Below are positions 45,710 to 55,468 of a stretch of 59,845 nucleotides of DNA, one piece after another. Source of the stretch: Candidatus Acidiferrales bacterium (lineage in GTDB: Bacteria > Chloroflexota > Dormibacteria > Aeolococcales > Aeolococcaceae); NCBI GenBank assembly GCA_035566535.1, contig DATMRA010000256.1:1-59845 (forward strand). The letters run 5' to 3'. Every line of letters starts with the position of its first letter. The first letter of the stretch is position 1. The translations under genes and the position numbers were made by a program. A model generated the notes under the pieces. The model searched no databases. It had not been told where the DNA came from and was given only the letters and a program-made list of their open reading frames with translations.

Positions 45710-47404
45710 TTAATCGTCTCTGACGAGAAGGCGGCGAATGGGGGCGACAAGCAACTCCACCTCCCCAGACGTCTCCATGGCCAGCGCGCGTGCGGCCAGT
45801 GCGGTCAGCTCGGCGTAGTCGAGCTTGGTGACCCAGGAGCGCACGGTCGCAACCCGGGCCGCTCCGACACTGAGCTCATCGACGCCGAGCCCGACCAGGA
45901 GGGGCATCACCTGGGGATCCGAGGCCGCTTCGCCGCACACCTCCACCACGATGCCGGCGCGCTGGGCGGCGCCAGCCGTGGTGGCGATCAGGCGCAGCAC
46001 CTCGGGGTGGTACGTCGGTGCGGCGGACGCCCCGGTCCGCTCGAGCCCGAGTTGGAGGCTGGTCAGATCGTTGGTGCCGATGCTCACGAGGCCAACGTCG
46101 GATGCCAGGCGATCCGCAATGGCGACCGCGGTGGGCGTCTCGATCATTGCGCCGAGTAGAGGAGCATGCCCGAGCGGCCGGCGGCGCAGCGCGTCGCGGA
46201 GGCGAGCGCGGACGGCCCGCACCTGGTCCAGGTCGGTGACCATGGGGATGAGCACGCGCAACTCCGATGCCGCGCCGAGCGCCAGGACGGCCTCCAGCTG
46301 CGCCGTCAGCGCCTCGGGCGCGTCCAGCAACAGCTCGACGCCGCGTCCGCGTGCGCCGCGCAGAAATGGCGGCGTCTTGTCGCCGCCGAAATCGAAGAGG
46401 CGGACGGTCGCGATGCGCCCGGCGAGCAGCGCGAACGTCGACTCCAGCGCTCTCCGCTGCTCCCCGAAGGAAGGCCAAGCCGGTGCGTCGAGAAACGCCA
46501 GCTCGGTGCGGAGCAGGCCAACGCCCTCGGCGCCGGCCGCGAGCGCCAGCTCCAGCTCGAGATGCCCGGATACGTTGGCAAGCACGCGAACCCGCCGCCC
46601 GTCGCGCGTGAATGTGGGCTCGCCTGGCCGGGGCGCCGTCAGCGCCGCGGCACTCCGGCGTTCGAGCGTCCGGCGCGCCGCCGCCAGGCGTTCAGGGTCC
46701 GGTGAGGCCACAACCACGCCGCGGTCGCCGTCCACGATCAAGGGTTCCGCCTCTTCCAGCGCGAGCACGCCCGGTCCGAGACCGATGACCATGGGGAGGC
46801 CGAGCGATCGCGCGACGATCGCTGCGTGTCCAGTCAGGCCGCCGTCGGCAAGGACGAGTGCGCGCACACCGCGGCCGAATTCGGCGACATCGGCAGGCCC
46901 CAGGTCGGACGCGATGACCACGCCGTCGACGCCGTTGCCGTTCGCGTGCAGCTCGGGCGCGACGTCGCCGGTGACCAGCCGGGCCGCCCGGCGGCCCAGG
47001 CTACGGACGTCCGCCGCCCTCGCCGCAAGCATTGGATCCTCAAGCGCGTCGAGCTGGGCTGCTACGCCTTCGACCGCTTCACGGATCGCGCCCGCGGGAG
47101 ACCTGCCCGCGTGCAACACCAGCTCTCGCACTGTCTCGTGCAGGAGCGGATCCATGGCCATCATGGCCCCGGACTCGATAACGTCGGCCTCGCTGGCACG
47201 TCCCTCGAGCCTCATGCGATCGGCAAGCGCCTCGAGCTCGGCCTCAGCCCCGGCGAGGGCGGCAAGGGCTTCCTCGGCGGCACGCGGACGGTCGTCGATG
47301 TCAGCGTGGCCGCTATCCGTTGCGCTTTCCCGATCCCAGAGGCGCGCAACGCCGATGGCGATCCCCGGCGCGGCGGAGACCCCGGTCAGGATGCGCTCGG
47401 ACAT
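45710..47404 (-). CDS. ptsI: phosphoenolpyruvate-protein phosphotransferase (Enzyme I)
   Basis: GGLTGHAAIVARSLGLP phospho-His motif and a C-terminal PEP-utilising domain (GTNDLTS). Confidence 0.93.
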   Translation of the reverse strand: MSERILTGVSAAPGIAIGVARLWDRESATDSGHADIDDRPRAAEEALAALAGAEAELEALADRMRLEGRASEADVIESGAMMAMDPLLHETVRELVLHAGRSPAGAIREAVEGVAAQLDALEDPMLAARAADVRSLGRRAARLVTGDVAPELHANGNGVDGVVIASDLGPADVAEFGRGVRALVLADGGLTGHAAIVARSLGLPMVIGLGPGVLALEEAEPLIVDGDRGVVVASPDPERLAAARRTLERRSAAALTAPRPGEPTFTRDGRRVRVLANVSGHLELELALAAGAEGVGLLRTELAFLDAPAWPSFGEQRRALESTFALLAGRIATVRLFDFGGDKTPPFLRGARGRGVELLLDAPEALTAQLEAVLALGAASELRVLIPMVTDLDQVRAVRARLRDALRRRPLGHAPLLGAMIETPTAVAIADRLASDVGLVSIGTNDLTSLQLGLERTGASAAPTYHPEVLRLIATTAGAAQRAGIVVEVCGEAASDPQVMPLLVGLGVDELSVGAARVATVRSWVTKLDYAELTALAARALAMETSGEVELLVAPIRRLLVRDD

Positions 47405-48054
47405 CAGCTGGAATCCGAGAGGGTCCGCTCCAGTGCGCGGATGATCATGGCGGTCGATGTCGCACCCGGATCCTGGTGACCGATTGAGCGCTCGCCGAGA
47501 TATGACGCGCGACCCTTTCGCGCCTGCATCGGTATCGTCGCTCGCATCCCCTCCTCGGCCGCGGCCGCCGCCGCACGCATGGCCTCGTGAGCAGGTGCAC
47601 CGCGATTCACGGCCTCATGCAGTGCCGTCATGGCAGGGCCGAAGGCGTCGACCATCGTCTTGTCTCCGGGTGCCGCTGCGCCGAGGTCGACTATGGCGGC
47701 GAGCGCCGCGTCGAGTGCCGCGGCCAACTCGGCGATATCGAAGGTCGGCGCGTCTCCAAGCGTGCGACCGGCCCGTCGCAGGGCGGAGCCCCACAACGGG
47801 CCACTCGCGCCGCCGACCGAGGAAACCAACGTTTTCCCCGAAAGAATCAGCAGCTTGCCCGGAGGTGAATCCTCATCCGCGCTCAACGCTCTGACGACAG
47901 CGTCGAAACCGCGATTCAGGTTGATCCCGTGGTCACCATCGCCGATGGCTGCGTCGAGCTGAACCAGGTACTCCCGCTCAGCACGCACCGACGCGGCAAC
48001 GTCGCCCATCCAGACGGTGATTGTCTTGGCGTCCATAGCTATGGCGATGGCCAC
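47404..48054 (-). CDS. dhaL: dihydroxyacetone kinase subunit L
   Basis: DAAIGDGDHGINLNRGF ADP-binding motif. Confidence 0.9.
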   Translation of the reverse strand: MAIAIAMDAKTITVWMGDVAASVRAEREYLVQLDAAIGDGDHGINLNRGFDAVVRALSADEDSPPGKLLILSGKTLVSSVGGASGPLWGSALRRAGRTLGDAPTFDIAELAAALDAALAAIVDLGAAAPGDKTMVDAFGPAMTALHEAVNRGAPAHEAMRAAAAAAEEGMRATIPMQARKGRASYLGERSIGHQDPGATSTAMIIRALERTLSDSS

Positions 48055-48060
48055 GGTACA

Positions 48061-49083
48061 TCACACTCCCCAGCGCAAGGCCGCCGTGTGCACGGGTGCG
48101 TCCCACAACGCCGTGAGCTCGTCATCGAGCTCGAGCACGGTGAGCGAACCGCCAGCCATTTCGAGAGATGTGATGTAGCTGCCGACCAGGTTGCGCGCCG
48201 GCGTCAGGCCCGCAGCGCGAAGCAGGCCCTCAACCTCGTGGTACAGAAGGTACAGCTCGATGAGCGGTGTACCACCCATGCCATTGACGAATGCGAGCAC
48301 GTTTGCGCCAGGCTTGGCACGAAGATCCGAGAGGACCGCTTCGACCATGACCTCGGCGACGCTGTGTGCGCTGCCCAGGGGTACGCGACGGCGGCCGGGC
48401 TCGCCATGAATACCGATTCCCATCTCCACCTCGCCCTCGGGCAGATCGAAGATCGGCTTGCCCCCCGCAGGCGGTGTGCACGACGACAGGGCGACGCCGA
48501 ACGAACGCGCCCGCTCGTTGACACGCCGGGCAATCGCGGCCACGGTCTCCAGGTTATCACCGCGTTCCGCGGCGGCACCGGCGATCTTCTCGACGAGAAC
48601 GGTCGCACCGACTCCACGCCGACCCGCGGTGTAGAGGGAGTCCTGCACTGCAACGTCGTCATCAATCAACACGGATTCGACAGTGATGCCGTCGTCAGCT
48701 GCCTCGTCAGCGGCCATCTTGAAGTTGAGGACGTCGCCTGTGTAGTTCTTGACGATATGGACGACTCCCGCACCGCCGTTGACCGCACGGGTCGCTGCAA
48801 GCATCTGGTCGGGCACCGGTGATGTGAAGACCTCACCCGGGCACGCTGCGTCGAGCATCCCGCGTCCCACGAACCCGCCATGCAGCGGCTCATGACCGGA
48901 GCCGCCGCCGGAGATCAGTGCGACCTTGCCTTGCCTTGGCGCATCTCTGCGTACCAGGATTTGCGCTTCGGCCTCATAGCGCAGGAGATCTGGCTGCGAC
49001 GCCGCGAGTCCGGCAAGCGACTCCTTGACGACCTGCTCAGGGTCGTTGAGGAACTTCCGCATCGGGGTTACGACAGTTGCCAT
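48061..49083 (-). CDS. dhaK: dihydroxyacetone kinase subunit K
   Basis: ISGGGSGHEPLHGGFVG motif and full-length DhaK-like sequence. Confidence 0.92.
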   Translation of the reverse strand: MATVVTPMRKFLNDPEQVVKESLAGLAASQPDLLRYEAEAQILVRRDAPRQGKVALISGGGSGHEPLHGGFVGRGMLDAACPGEVFTSPVPDQMLAATRAVNGGAGVVHIVKNYTGDVLNFKMAADEAADDGITVESVLIDDDVAVQDSLYTAGRRGVGATVLVEKIAGAAAERGDNLETVAAIARRVNERARSFGVALSSCTPPAGGKPIFDLPEGEVEMGIGIHGEPGRRRVPLGSAHSVAEVMVEAVLSDLRAKPGANVLAFVNGMGGTPLIELYLLYHEVEGLLRAAGLTPARNLVGSYITSLEMAGGSLTVLELDDELTALWDAPVHTAALRWGV

Positions 49084-49094
49084 TTCCTCTCCTC

Positions 49095-49892
49095 TCAGCG
49101 CACGGCCGCGGGGGTTTCGAGTCGGGTGGACGCCGGGGCGTCCGGGTCCGGATGTGTGACGGCCGCTTGGATCGGCATCTGCACGATGCGCGGCTCGGCC
49201 AGGAAGTCATAGAGCCACGCGGCGATTGCAGCGCCTCCGAGGCCCGGCAGGATGTAGACCGGAATGTACTGGACCCAGTGCGTGGGCCCGCCCGCGATTG
49301 CGGCGACCAGCTCCGGACCGAAAGCGCGGGCCGGGTTCAACGATGCGCCGGTTATCGGGCCGATGACCATGATGATCGCGACGACAACACCGCCGATGAC
49401 CACGCCCGCGAGGTCACCCGGCGAACGGCGGTCGACGATACCCAGGATGGCGAACATCAATAGACCGGTGCCGATCAGCTCGGCTCCGGCAGCGACCGCG
49501 TATGACGTCGTGTCGGAGAAGCTCGTCTGTCCGAGGCCGAGGGTCGCTCCCAGAGCGCCGAACAACGCCCAGATTCCCAGTGCGCCGATGACGGCGCCGA
49601 CGAACTGCGAACCCCAATAGAGGGGTACCTCACGCCAGGGGAAGCGCTTTGTCACGGCCAGCCCGAAGGTGACGGCCGGGTTGATATGACACCCCGACAC
49701 CTTGCCGAGCGCGTACACGAGTGCCGTGATGATGAGCCCGAACGCGAAGGAGATACCCAGGAGGTCGGATCCGGTGAAAGGCGCCACCTTGCCTGCCAGC
49801 TTGAGGGTGGCCACGACGGATCCTGGCCCGACAAGGACAAGGGCGGCCGTCCCGAGGACCTCCGCGATTGCCCGCTGCCACTTCGAGTACAT
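49095..49892 (-). CDS. glpF: MIP/aquaporin family glycerol facilitator
   Basis: ATG 49892 with AGGAGG upstream. NPA boxes NPAVTF and NPARAF. Confidence 0.9.
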   Translation of the reverse strand: MYSKWQRAIAEVLGTAALVLVGPGSVVATLKLAGKVAPFTGSDLLGISFAFGLIITALVYALGKVSGCHINPAVTFGLAVTKRFPWREVPLYWGSQFVGAVIGALGIWALFGALGATLGLGQTSFSDTTSYAVAAGAELIGTGLLMFAILGIVDRRSPGDLAGVVIGGVVVAIIMVIGPITGASLNPARAFGPELVAAIAGGPTHWVQYIPVYILPGLGGAAIAAWLYDFLAEPRIVQMPIQAAVTHPDPDAPASTRLETPAAVR

Positions 49893-49924
49893 GACCAGAC
49901 CTCCTATCACCCAGCCGGACTAGT

Positions 49925-49941
49925 GTTCGACATTGTCGAAC
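49925..49941. promoter_or_regulatory. palindrome GTTCGACA-t-TGTCGAAC upstream of the glpF-dhaKL-ptsI operon (candidate operator)
   Basis: Perfect 8-1-8 inverted repeat, 33 nt upstream of the glpF ATG. Confidence 0.4.
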
Positions 49942-49969
49942 GATGGTCGGAAAAATACTCCTCGCCAAA

Positions 49970-49985
49970 GGCCCTGTCAAGGGCC
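49970..49985 (-). terminator. hairpin GGCCCT-tgac-AGGGCC followed by TTTGG, downstream of tRNA-Glu
   Basis: Read on the minus strand, 15 nt after the tRNA 3' end. Short T-tract. Confidence 0.45.
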
Positions 49986-49999
49986 GGGTTTCTGGCGTG

Positions 50000-50071
50000 T
50001 ACCCGCACGGGGAGTCGAACCCCGGTTACCACCTTGAAAGGGTGGTGTCCTAACCGCTAGACGATGCGGGC
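50000..50071 (-). tRNA. tRNA-Glu (UUC)
   Basis: GCCCGCA acceptor, GTCT/GGAC D-stem, CCACC-CTTTCAA-GGTGG anticodon arm, CGGGG-TTCGACT-CCCCG T-arm. No encoded CCA. Confidence 0.9.
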
Positions 50072-50155
50072 CTGGCGCGCATCGTACCCGCGGTCGCGGA
50101 GGCGGGCCGCGACGAGGTGCCGGAGCGGAGTCAAGGCCGCCGGTATACTCGCCGC

Positions 50156-50614
50156 ATGCCGTTTCGGGAGATCGCGGGCAAGACTGTCGGGTTTGGCCTG
50201 ACGTCTCTGGCACTGATCCTGGGGGGCATCCTCGTGCTCTTCGGCAGCCACGCGTACAACGACTATTTGAACGGCATCCTGGGCTGGGGATTGATCGGAC
50301 TCGGCCTGCTGACCGGCGGCTACGGTTCGTTCCTGATCGGCGCCATCATCTATGACTCGCGCCTGCGGGACCGTGAGGAGCAGGTCCACATCACGCCCCG
50401 GGGCGGACCGCCGGCGCCGCCGCCTCCGTGGGGGATGGGTGACATCGGACGTCCTGGCGGGATCGTGCATTTCACCGACGTCAGCGAGCGGCGCGGCGGT
50501 GGAGCGCCTCGTGTTGTCGGCGTGACGATGTCGAACATCGACGGTCCGCTATTGATCGTCGGCCTCCTCGCCTGGACCATCCTGACGCTGATCCTCTTCG
50601 CACCCACGCACTGA
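50156..50614 (+). CDS. hypothetical membrane protein, possibly leaderless
   Basis: ATG 50156 lies 7 nt after a TATACT -10-like hexamer (50143-50148). Two N-terminal and one C-terminal TM helices. Confidence 0.5.
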   Translation: MPFREIAGKTVGFGLTSLALILGGILVLFGSHAYNDYLNGILGWGLIGLGLLTGGYGSFLIGAIIYDSRLRDREEQVHITPRGGPPAPPPPWGMGDIGRPGGIVHFTDVSERRGGGAPRVVGVTMSNIDGPLLIVGLLAWTILTLILFAPTH

Positions 50615-50625
50615 CAGCGTCAACG

Positions 50626-52086
50626 GTGAGCGACTCCGGCGCGCCGATGCGCACCCGCTTCGCGCCATCCCCCACCGGCCCGCTGCATTTCGGATCGGTC
50701 CGTACGGCCCTGTTCGCGTGGCTGGCCGCATGCCACAGCCACGGCCAGTTCATTCTGCGTATCGAGGATACGGACCAGGAGCGCTACATTCCAGGAAGCG
50801 AGGCACTCATCATCGAGACGCTCCGCTGGCTCGGCCTCGAATGGGATGAAGGGCCTGAGGTCGATGGTCCGCACGCACCCTACATTCAATCGCAGAGGAC
50901 GCACCTCTACCAACGTTTTGCCGACGAGCTGGCGACGCTCGGTGCTGCGTATTGGTGCACGTGCACCCCAGAACGGCTCGCGGCGATGCGCGAGGAACAG
51001 CGCGCCCACTCACAACCCACCCGCTACGACCGCCGCTGTCTGAACCGGCAGGATGAGGTCGCTCGCGAGCGCGCGTCCGGTGCGGCGTCGGTACTGCGGC
51101 TGCGCATGCCCGATGGGAAGACAGAATGGGACGACGTTGTTCGCGGCCACGTGGCGTTTGAGAACGCCGACGTCGACGACCAGGTTCTGCTGAAGTCCGA
51201 TGGATTTCCCACATACCACCTGGCCGTTGTCGTCGACGACCACCTGATGGAGATCACCCACGTCATCCGCGCCGACGAGTGGATTCCCTCAACCCCGAAA
51301 CATCTCGCGATCTATGACGCACTTTCCTGGCCGCGGCCACGGTTCGCGCACGTGCCCGCGGTGCTCGGCACCGACGGGCACAAGCTCAGCAAACGCAGGG
51401 GCGCGCGCAACGTGCTCGAGTACGGCGAGCTCGGCTACCTACCCAGTGCGGTCGACAACGCGATCGCCCTTCTCGGCTGGTCCTCGGGCACCGACGAGGA
51501 AGTGTTCACGCTGCAGGACCTGTGCAAGCGATTCACCCTTGAGCGCATTCATCCCGCACCTGCCGTGTTCGACCCAAAGCGTCTCGACGACCTGAACGGA
51601 GTCCACATCCGCCGCCTGGACACCGAGGAACTGGTCGAAGCGCTGGAGTTTCCCTTACCAGGAACGAGCAAGGAGGTACGCAGACGACTGGTGCCGATGT
51701 TGCGAGAACGCGTGGTCACGTTGCTCGATGCACGCCGGCTCGCCGCACCACTATTGGGCGACGTCGTCTGGCAGCCGGACGTGGACTTTCCTCCCCCCGG
51801 CGTCAGCGTCGACCTCGCCCTGGCGCTGCTCGACGATTGCATCGCCGCCGTGGAAGAAGGGATGCAGGAAGACCCGACCGCGCTGCGCGAGCGGCTGACC
51901 CGTCTCGTTGAAGCCGCGGGCGCGAAACCGCGCATCGTTTTCCGCGTGCTGTTCATAGCGATACTCGGCAGCCCCGTCGGGCTGCCCGTGTTCGACGCGA
52001 TGGCGTTTCTCGGCGCCGAGAAAACGCTGTTACGGCTGCGCGCGGCACGCAAACTGTTGGAGAACCTCCCTCCGCCGAGCAGCTAG
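50626..52086 (+). CDS. gltX: glutamate--tRNA ligase
   Basis: PSPTGPLHFGS (HIGH-class) and KLSKRR (KMSKS) motifs. GTG 50626 or ATG 50647. Confidence 0.93.
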   Translation: MSDSGAPMRTRFAPSPTGPLHFGSVRTALFAWLAACHSHGQFILRIEDTDQERYIPGSEALIIETLRWLGLEWDEGPEVDGPHAPYIQSQRTHLYQRFADELATLGAAYWCTCTPERLAAMREEQRAHSQPTRYDRRCLNRQDEVARERASGAASVLRLRMPDGKTEWDDVVRGHVAFENADVDDQVLLKSDGFPTYHLAVVVDDHLMEITHVIRADEWIPSTPKHLAIYDALSWPRPRFAHVPAVLGTDGHKLSKRRGARNVLEYGELGYLPSAVDNAIALLGWSSGTDEEVFTLQDLCKRFTLERIHPAPAVFDPKRLDDLNGVHIRRLDTEELVEALEFPLPGTSKEVRRRLVPMLRERVVTLLDARRLAAPLLGDVVWQPDVDFPPPGVSVDLALALLDDCIAAVEEGMQEDPTALRERLTRLVEAAGAKPRIVFRVLFIAILGSPVGLPVFDAMAFLGAEKTLLRLRAARKLLENLPPPSS

Positions 52087-52104
52087 TGCACCGCGGTGCA
52101 CTAG
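52083..52104. terminator. 22-bp perfect palindrome CTAGTGCACCGCGGTGCACTAG embedding both convergent stop codons
   Basis: Contains the gltX TAG (52084-52086) and CTA (52101-52103) of the minus-strand ORF. Candidate bidirectional hairpin. Confidence 0.5.
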
Positions 52105-52673
52105 AGATCCCCGAGCCCGTGCTCGTCCGGTCCTGGTCGCGTTGACACTGGAGTCCGTTGCTCGGCGGAGCGGACTCGACGGCCGCGATCGTGGTTGCCC
52201 GCGCCGGAACGGTGAAGCGAGGGCTGTGGTGGCCGCCGCGGCACGCCGCGCTCTATGCCCGAGCGGCCGATAGCGCGCTCGGCCAGCGCAGGCGTTTCCA
52301 CTGACGGGACGGGCGACGCCGGCGGTTCAGCAGTTGGTGGCGCCGGAGGCGGGACCACTGAGGGGTTATGGCGCGCCCGCCAACGCTGAGCGAGACCTGA
52401 CCCGAGGCGGCGGCCGAGTCGTACCGCGGCGGCGTCGAACCCTGTCGCGTGGGCGCCGACCACGACCCCCGTCACGATCGCGCTCAACGGGAAGTAGGCC
52501 GCGAAAAGCGAGAGTCCGGCAAGCACGCCGAAGGCGGCCAGGATGGGATGGCGACGCGCAAACGAGGTCCTCGGGGGCGGGACCGTGCGGCTGCCCGTGC
52601 TGCCGTCTCTCGCTGTCACGAGCCAGAGCGTAAGTCGCGTGCTGGGACTTGAGCCGGACATCCGGCGTGTCAT
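52101..52673 (-). CDS. hypothetical membrane protein
   Basis: Met at 52673 inside track ORF 52101..52889. Two TM helices and a Pro-rich tail. Stop codon sits symmetrically in the palindrome. Confidence 0.35.
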   Translation of the reverse strand: MTRRMSGSSPSTRLTLWLVTARDGSTGSRTVPPPRTSFARRHPILAAFGVLAGLSLFAAYFPLSAIVTGVVVGAHATGFDAAAVRLGRRLGSGLAQRWRARHNPSVVPPPAPPTAEPPASPVPSVETPALAERAIGRSGIERGVPRRPPQPSLHRSGAGNHDRGRRVRSAEQRTPVSTRPGPDEHGLGDL

Positions 52674-52792
52674 CGAGGCGCCGCACGCCGCGGCACCACA
52701 TCCGGCCTGATCGTGTGACGGAAGCACCACGGGCTCGTCGCGAGACGAAAACAAAACTGTAGGGCAGAGCGTTTGTCTCGACCATATCGGAG

Positions 52793-54628
52793 ATGTCGGC
52801 TGCCATCCCAATTCGAACGTCCTGGCGCGGGCGTTCGTCTTTGACCGGCGCCCAGCGGCTTGTGCTCTACGGGAGCGTCGCCGGCGCACTTGGCGCCGCG
52901 ATCTGGCTCGGGCCGCTGCGCGACGTGACGCGCCTCAACGCGGCGGCCTCGATTCCCTGGTGGGCGGAGCTGATCGCGTGCTATGCAGCGAGCCTGTTTC
53001 ACGTCCACGTGCGTGTGAGCCGCTTCGGCTCGCAGTTGTCGCTGACGGAGATTCCCGTAGCGATGGGTCTATTCCTGGTCGATCCGCACGTCCTGCTCGG
53101 TTGCTACGCCGGTGGTGTGCTGGCAGCGCACTGGACTCGTCGCGGATTCGATCCGGCGAAGGACTACGCCAACGTGATGATGGACGTCGCGTTCGTCGCG
53201 GTCACGGTGCTGGTCTTCACCGCTGTCGGGCCCGACTCGCATGATCCGCTGGCAGGCCGGAGCATTCTCGCCCTGGCGGCGGCCATGCTCGCCGGCAGCT
53301 GCGTGTTCGCTCCATTGGCCGCGAACATCAGCACGTATCTCCACCACGCTGCTCTGCGTCGAAGTGACCTGGTCCGTTCGCTCCTCTTCCAAACCGGCGC
53401 GACGGCGACCAACACCTGCGTGGGCATCGTCGGCTTGCTGTTCATGGTGGATCGGCCGCTTCTCGCGGTTGCGTTGCTGCCGCCCGTAGGGCTCGTTGCG
53501 CTGGGCCAGCTCGCAGCCGGTGAGAGCCAGCGGCGGGCCGATCGCATGGAGTTCCTCTACCGCACCACCGAACTCCTTCACTCCTCGAAGCATGTCGATG
53601 AGCAGGCGGGTGAGCTGCTGACGGTGATGGCCGGCATGTTCAGTGTGTCGCGCACAGAGCTTGTGCTCATGCCGGAGGCTCGAGGTCCGGCAGTGCGTTT
53701 CGTGTCAACCCGCGACGCGCAGACCGAGGTTGCATCGGCTGAGTTGACGTATGCAGAACAGGAAACGCTCAATCTGCTGCGCTCCGAACGTGTGCTGTCG
53801 GTCGCCGCGTCCAACGGCAATTCTCCCGTAAGCCTGCTGCTCGCCGAGCGCGGCGCCGGATTCGGCACCGTCATCTCTTTGCGTGGACGGGAGCGGCCGC
53901 AGGGCATGCTGTTGTTGCTCGACCCGCTGCACGGCCACGTGCGGCCCACCGTCCAGGAGCGGAACCTTCTGCTCACGGTGGCGGGTCAGATCAGCGTCGC
54001 TCTCGAGAACGGCCAGCTGGCCGGGGCGATCCAGGCTATGACGGCGGAAAAGGACGCACTGCAGCGCCGGGCGCTGTACGACCCACTGACGAAGATCGCC
54101 AACCGTTCTTTGTTCATCGACACTGTCGGCGTCGCGCTGTCCAAACTTGCCGCGTCGCGCCGACCGCTGGCCGTCCTCTTCATCGATATCGACGGCTTCA
54201 AGGAAGTCAACGACACCTATGGCCATGCTTGCGGCGACGAGGTTCTCGCCGCTGTCGCGGCGCGACTTCGCGCTGAGATTCGCAAGATGGACATGGTTGC
54301 GCGTCTCGGTGGCGACGAGTTCGGCGTGCTGCTCAGGGGTTTGCGCAACGCGGACGACGCTCACGTCGCCGCGCAGCGCATTGTTCACACGCTCCGACGC
54401 CCGATGCATTCGGGACACCGGCTGGTGCACGTCGGCGGCAGCGTTGGCGTCGCACTTGTCGAGGACCCGATGACTGCGCCGACGGCTGAAGAGATGCTGC
54501 GCCGCGCCGACATGGCGATGTACCTCGCCAAGCGGCAGGGCAAGGATCGGTATGTGGTCTTCGACCCGAGCGCCCGCGAAACCGTGATTGCCGCTCCGGT
54601 CGAGCAGCCCGAAGCCGTACGCGCCTGA
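52793..54628 (+). CDS. membrane-anchored GAF-like/GGDEF diguanylate cyclase
   Basis: ~8 TM helices, then RKMD (RxxD I-site) five residues before GGDEF, with DIDGFKEVNDTYGH. Confidence 0.88.
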   Translation: MSAAIPIRTSWRGRSSLTGAQRLVLYGSVAGALGAAIWLGPLRDVTRLNAAASIPWWAELIACYAASLFHVHVRVSRFGSQLSLTEIPVAMGLFLVDPHVLLGCYAGGVLAAHWTRRGFDPAKDYANVMMDVAFVAVTVLVFTAVGPDSHDPLAGRSILALAAAMLAGSCVFAPLAANISTYLHHAALRRSDLVRSLLFQTGATATNTCVGIVGLLFMVDRPLLAVALLPPVGLVALGQLAAGESQRRADRMEFLYRTTELLHSSKHVDEQAGELLTVMAGMFSVSRTELVLMPEARGPAVRFVSTRDAQTEVASAELTYAEQETLNLLRSERVLSVAASNGNSPVSLLLAERGAGFGTVISLRGRERPQGMLLLLDPLHGHVRPTVQERNLLLTVAGQISVALENGQLAGAIQAMTAEKDALQRRALYDPLTKIANRSLFIDTVGVALSKLAASRRPLAVLFIDIDGFKEVNDTYGHACGDEVLAAVAARLRAEIRKMDMVARLGGDEFGVLLRGLRNADDAHVAAQRIVHTLRRPMHSGHRLVHVGGSVGVALVEDPMTAPTAEEMLRRADMAMYLAKRQGKDRYVVFDPSARETVIAAPVEQPEAVRA

Positions 54629-54664
54629 CGCGAGCCCGACAACGTCCGTGGCTACCATGAGGAC

Positions 54665-55468
54665 GTGGTAGCGCGCTGCTTGACGATCGCGGCGTCCGAC
54701 TCGGGTGGGGGCGCCGGCATTCAGGCGGATCTGCGGGCATTTGCCGCAGCGGGTTGCTACGGCGCGAGCGTGATCGTCGCGCTCACCGCGCAAAACACAG
54801 TGGGCATCGCCGCAATACATGAGGTGCCCAGCGCGTTCATCACCGCGCAGATGACAGCGGTGCTCGACGACATCGGCGCCGATGCGGTGAAGACAGGAGC
54901 ACTTCTGACCGCCGCCATCGTCGAGACCGTCGCTGACGGTCTACGCGGCCGCCATCTTCCCCTCGTCGTCGATCCGGTCACGACCGCCACCACTGGCCGG
55001 CGCCTGCTCGACGACGACGCGATGGCTGCTCTCGTCCGGCTGCTGTTTCCTCTGGCGACGGTGGTGACGCCGAATCTCGACGAGGCTGCCCGGCTGGCCG
55101 GGCGCCCGGGTGACACACGAGAGATGGCGGAGCGAATTGCGGCTCGCGGAGCGCCCGCCGTGCTCATCACTGGCGGTCACGGCGAGCCGGTGGATCACCT
55201 GTACTGGAACGGGGAGCACCTCGACATCGCGGTTCCTCGCGTCGACGGCCGCGCGACCCACGGCTCGGGTTGTACGCACTCCGCAACCCTGACTGCCGCC
55301 TTGGCAAAGGGTCTGGACCTCGAGACTTCCGCGCGGGAGGCGGCTGCCGTTACAGCGCGGGCGATCTCACTCGGCCTGGCGGACATCGGAACCGGGGAGG
55401 GACCCGTCGATGTCCTCGATCTCGAGGCTCAGGAGGGCGGGCGCAACCAGTGGCGCCGCACCACGTAG
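54665..55468 (+). CDS. thiD: hydroxymethylpyrimidine/phosphomethylpyrimidine kinase
   Basis: AASDSGGGAGIQADL N-terminal motif and GTGCTHSA-type C-terminal segment (HGSGCTHSATL). Confidence 0.9.
   Translation: MVARCLTIAASDSGGGAGIQADLRAFAAAGCYGASVIVALTAQNTVGIAAIHEVPSAFITAQMTAVLDDIGADAVKTGALLTAAIVETVADGLRGRHLPLVVDPVTTATTGRRLLDDDAMAALVRLLFPLATVVTPNLDEAARLAGRPGDTREMAERIAARGAPAVLITGGHGEPVDHLYWNGEHLDIAVPRVDGRATHGSGCTHSATLTAALAKGLDLETSAREAAAVTARAISLGLADIGTGEGPVDVLDLEAQEGGRNQWRRTT

Noticed and set aside
45825-47444. 539-aa plus-strand ORF antisense to ptsI (similar cases at 17380..18372, 35110..36027, 38836..39996 and 58643..59692)
   Set aside because: S/R/A/P-rich translations with no motifs, each fully overlapping a confidently identified gene on the opposite strand.
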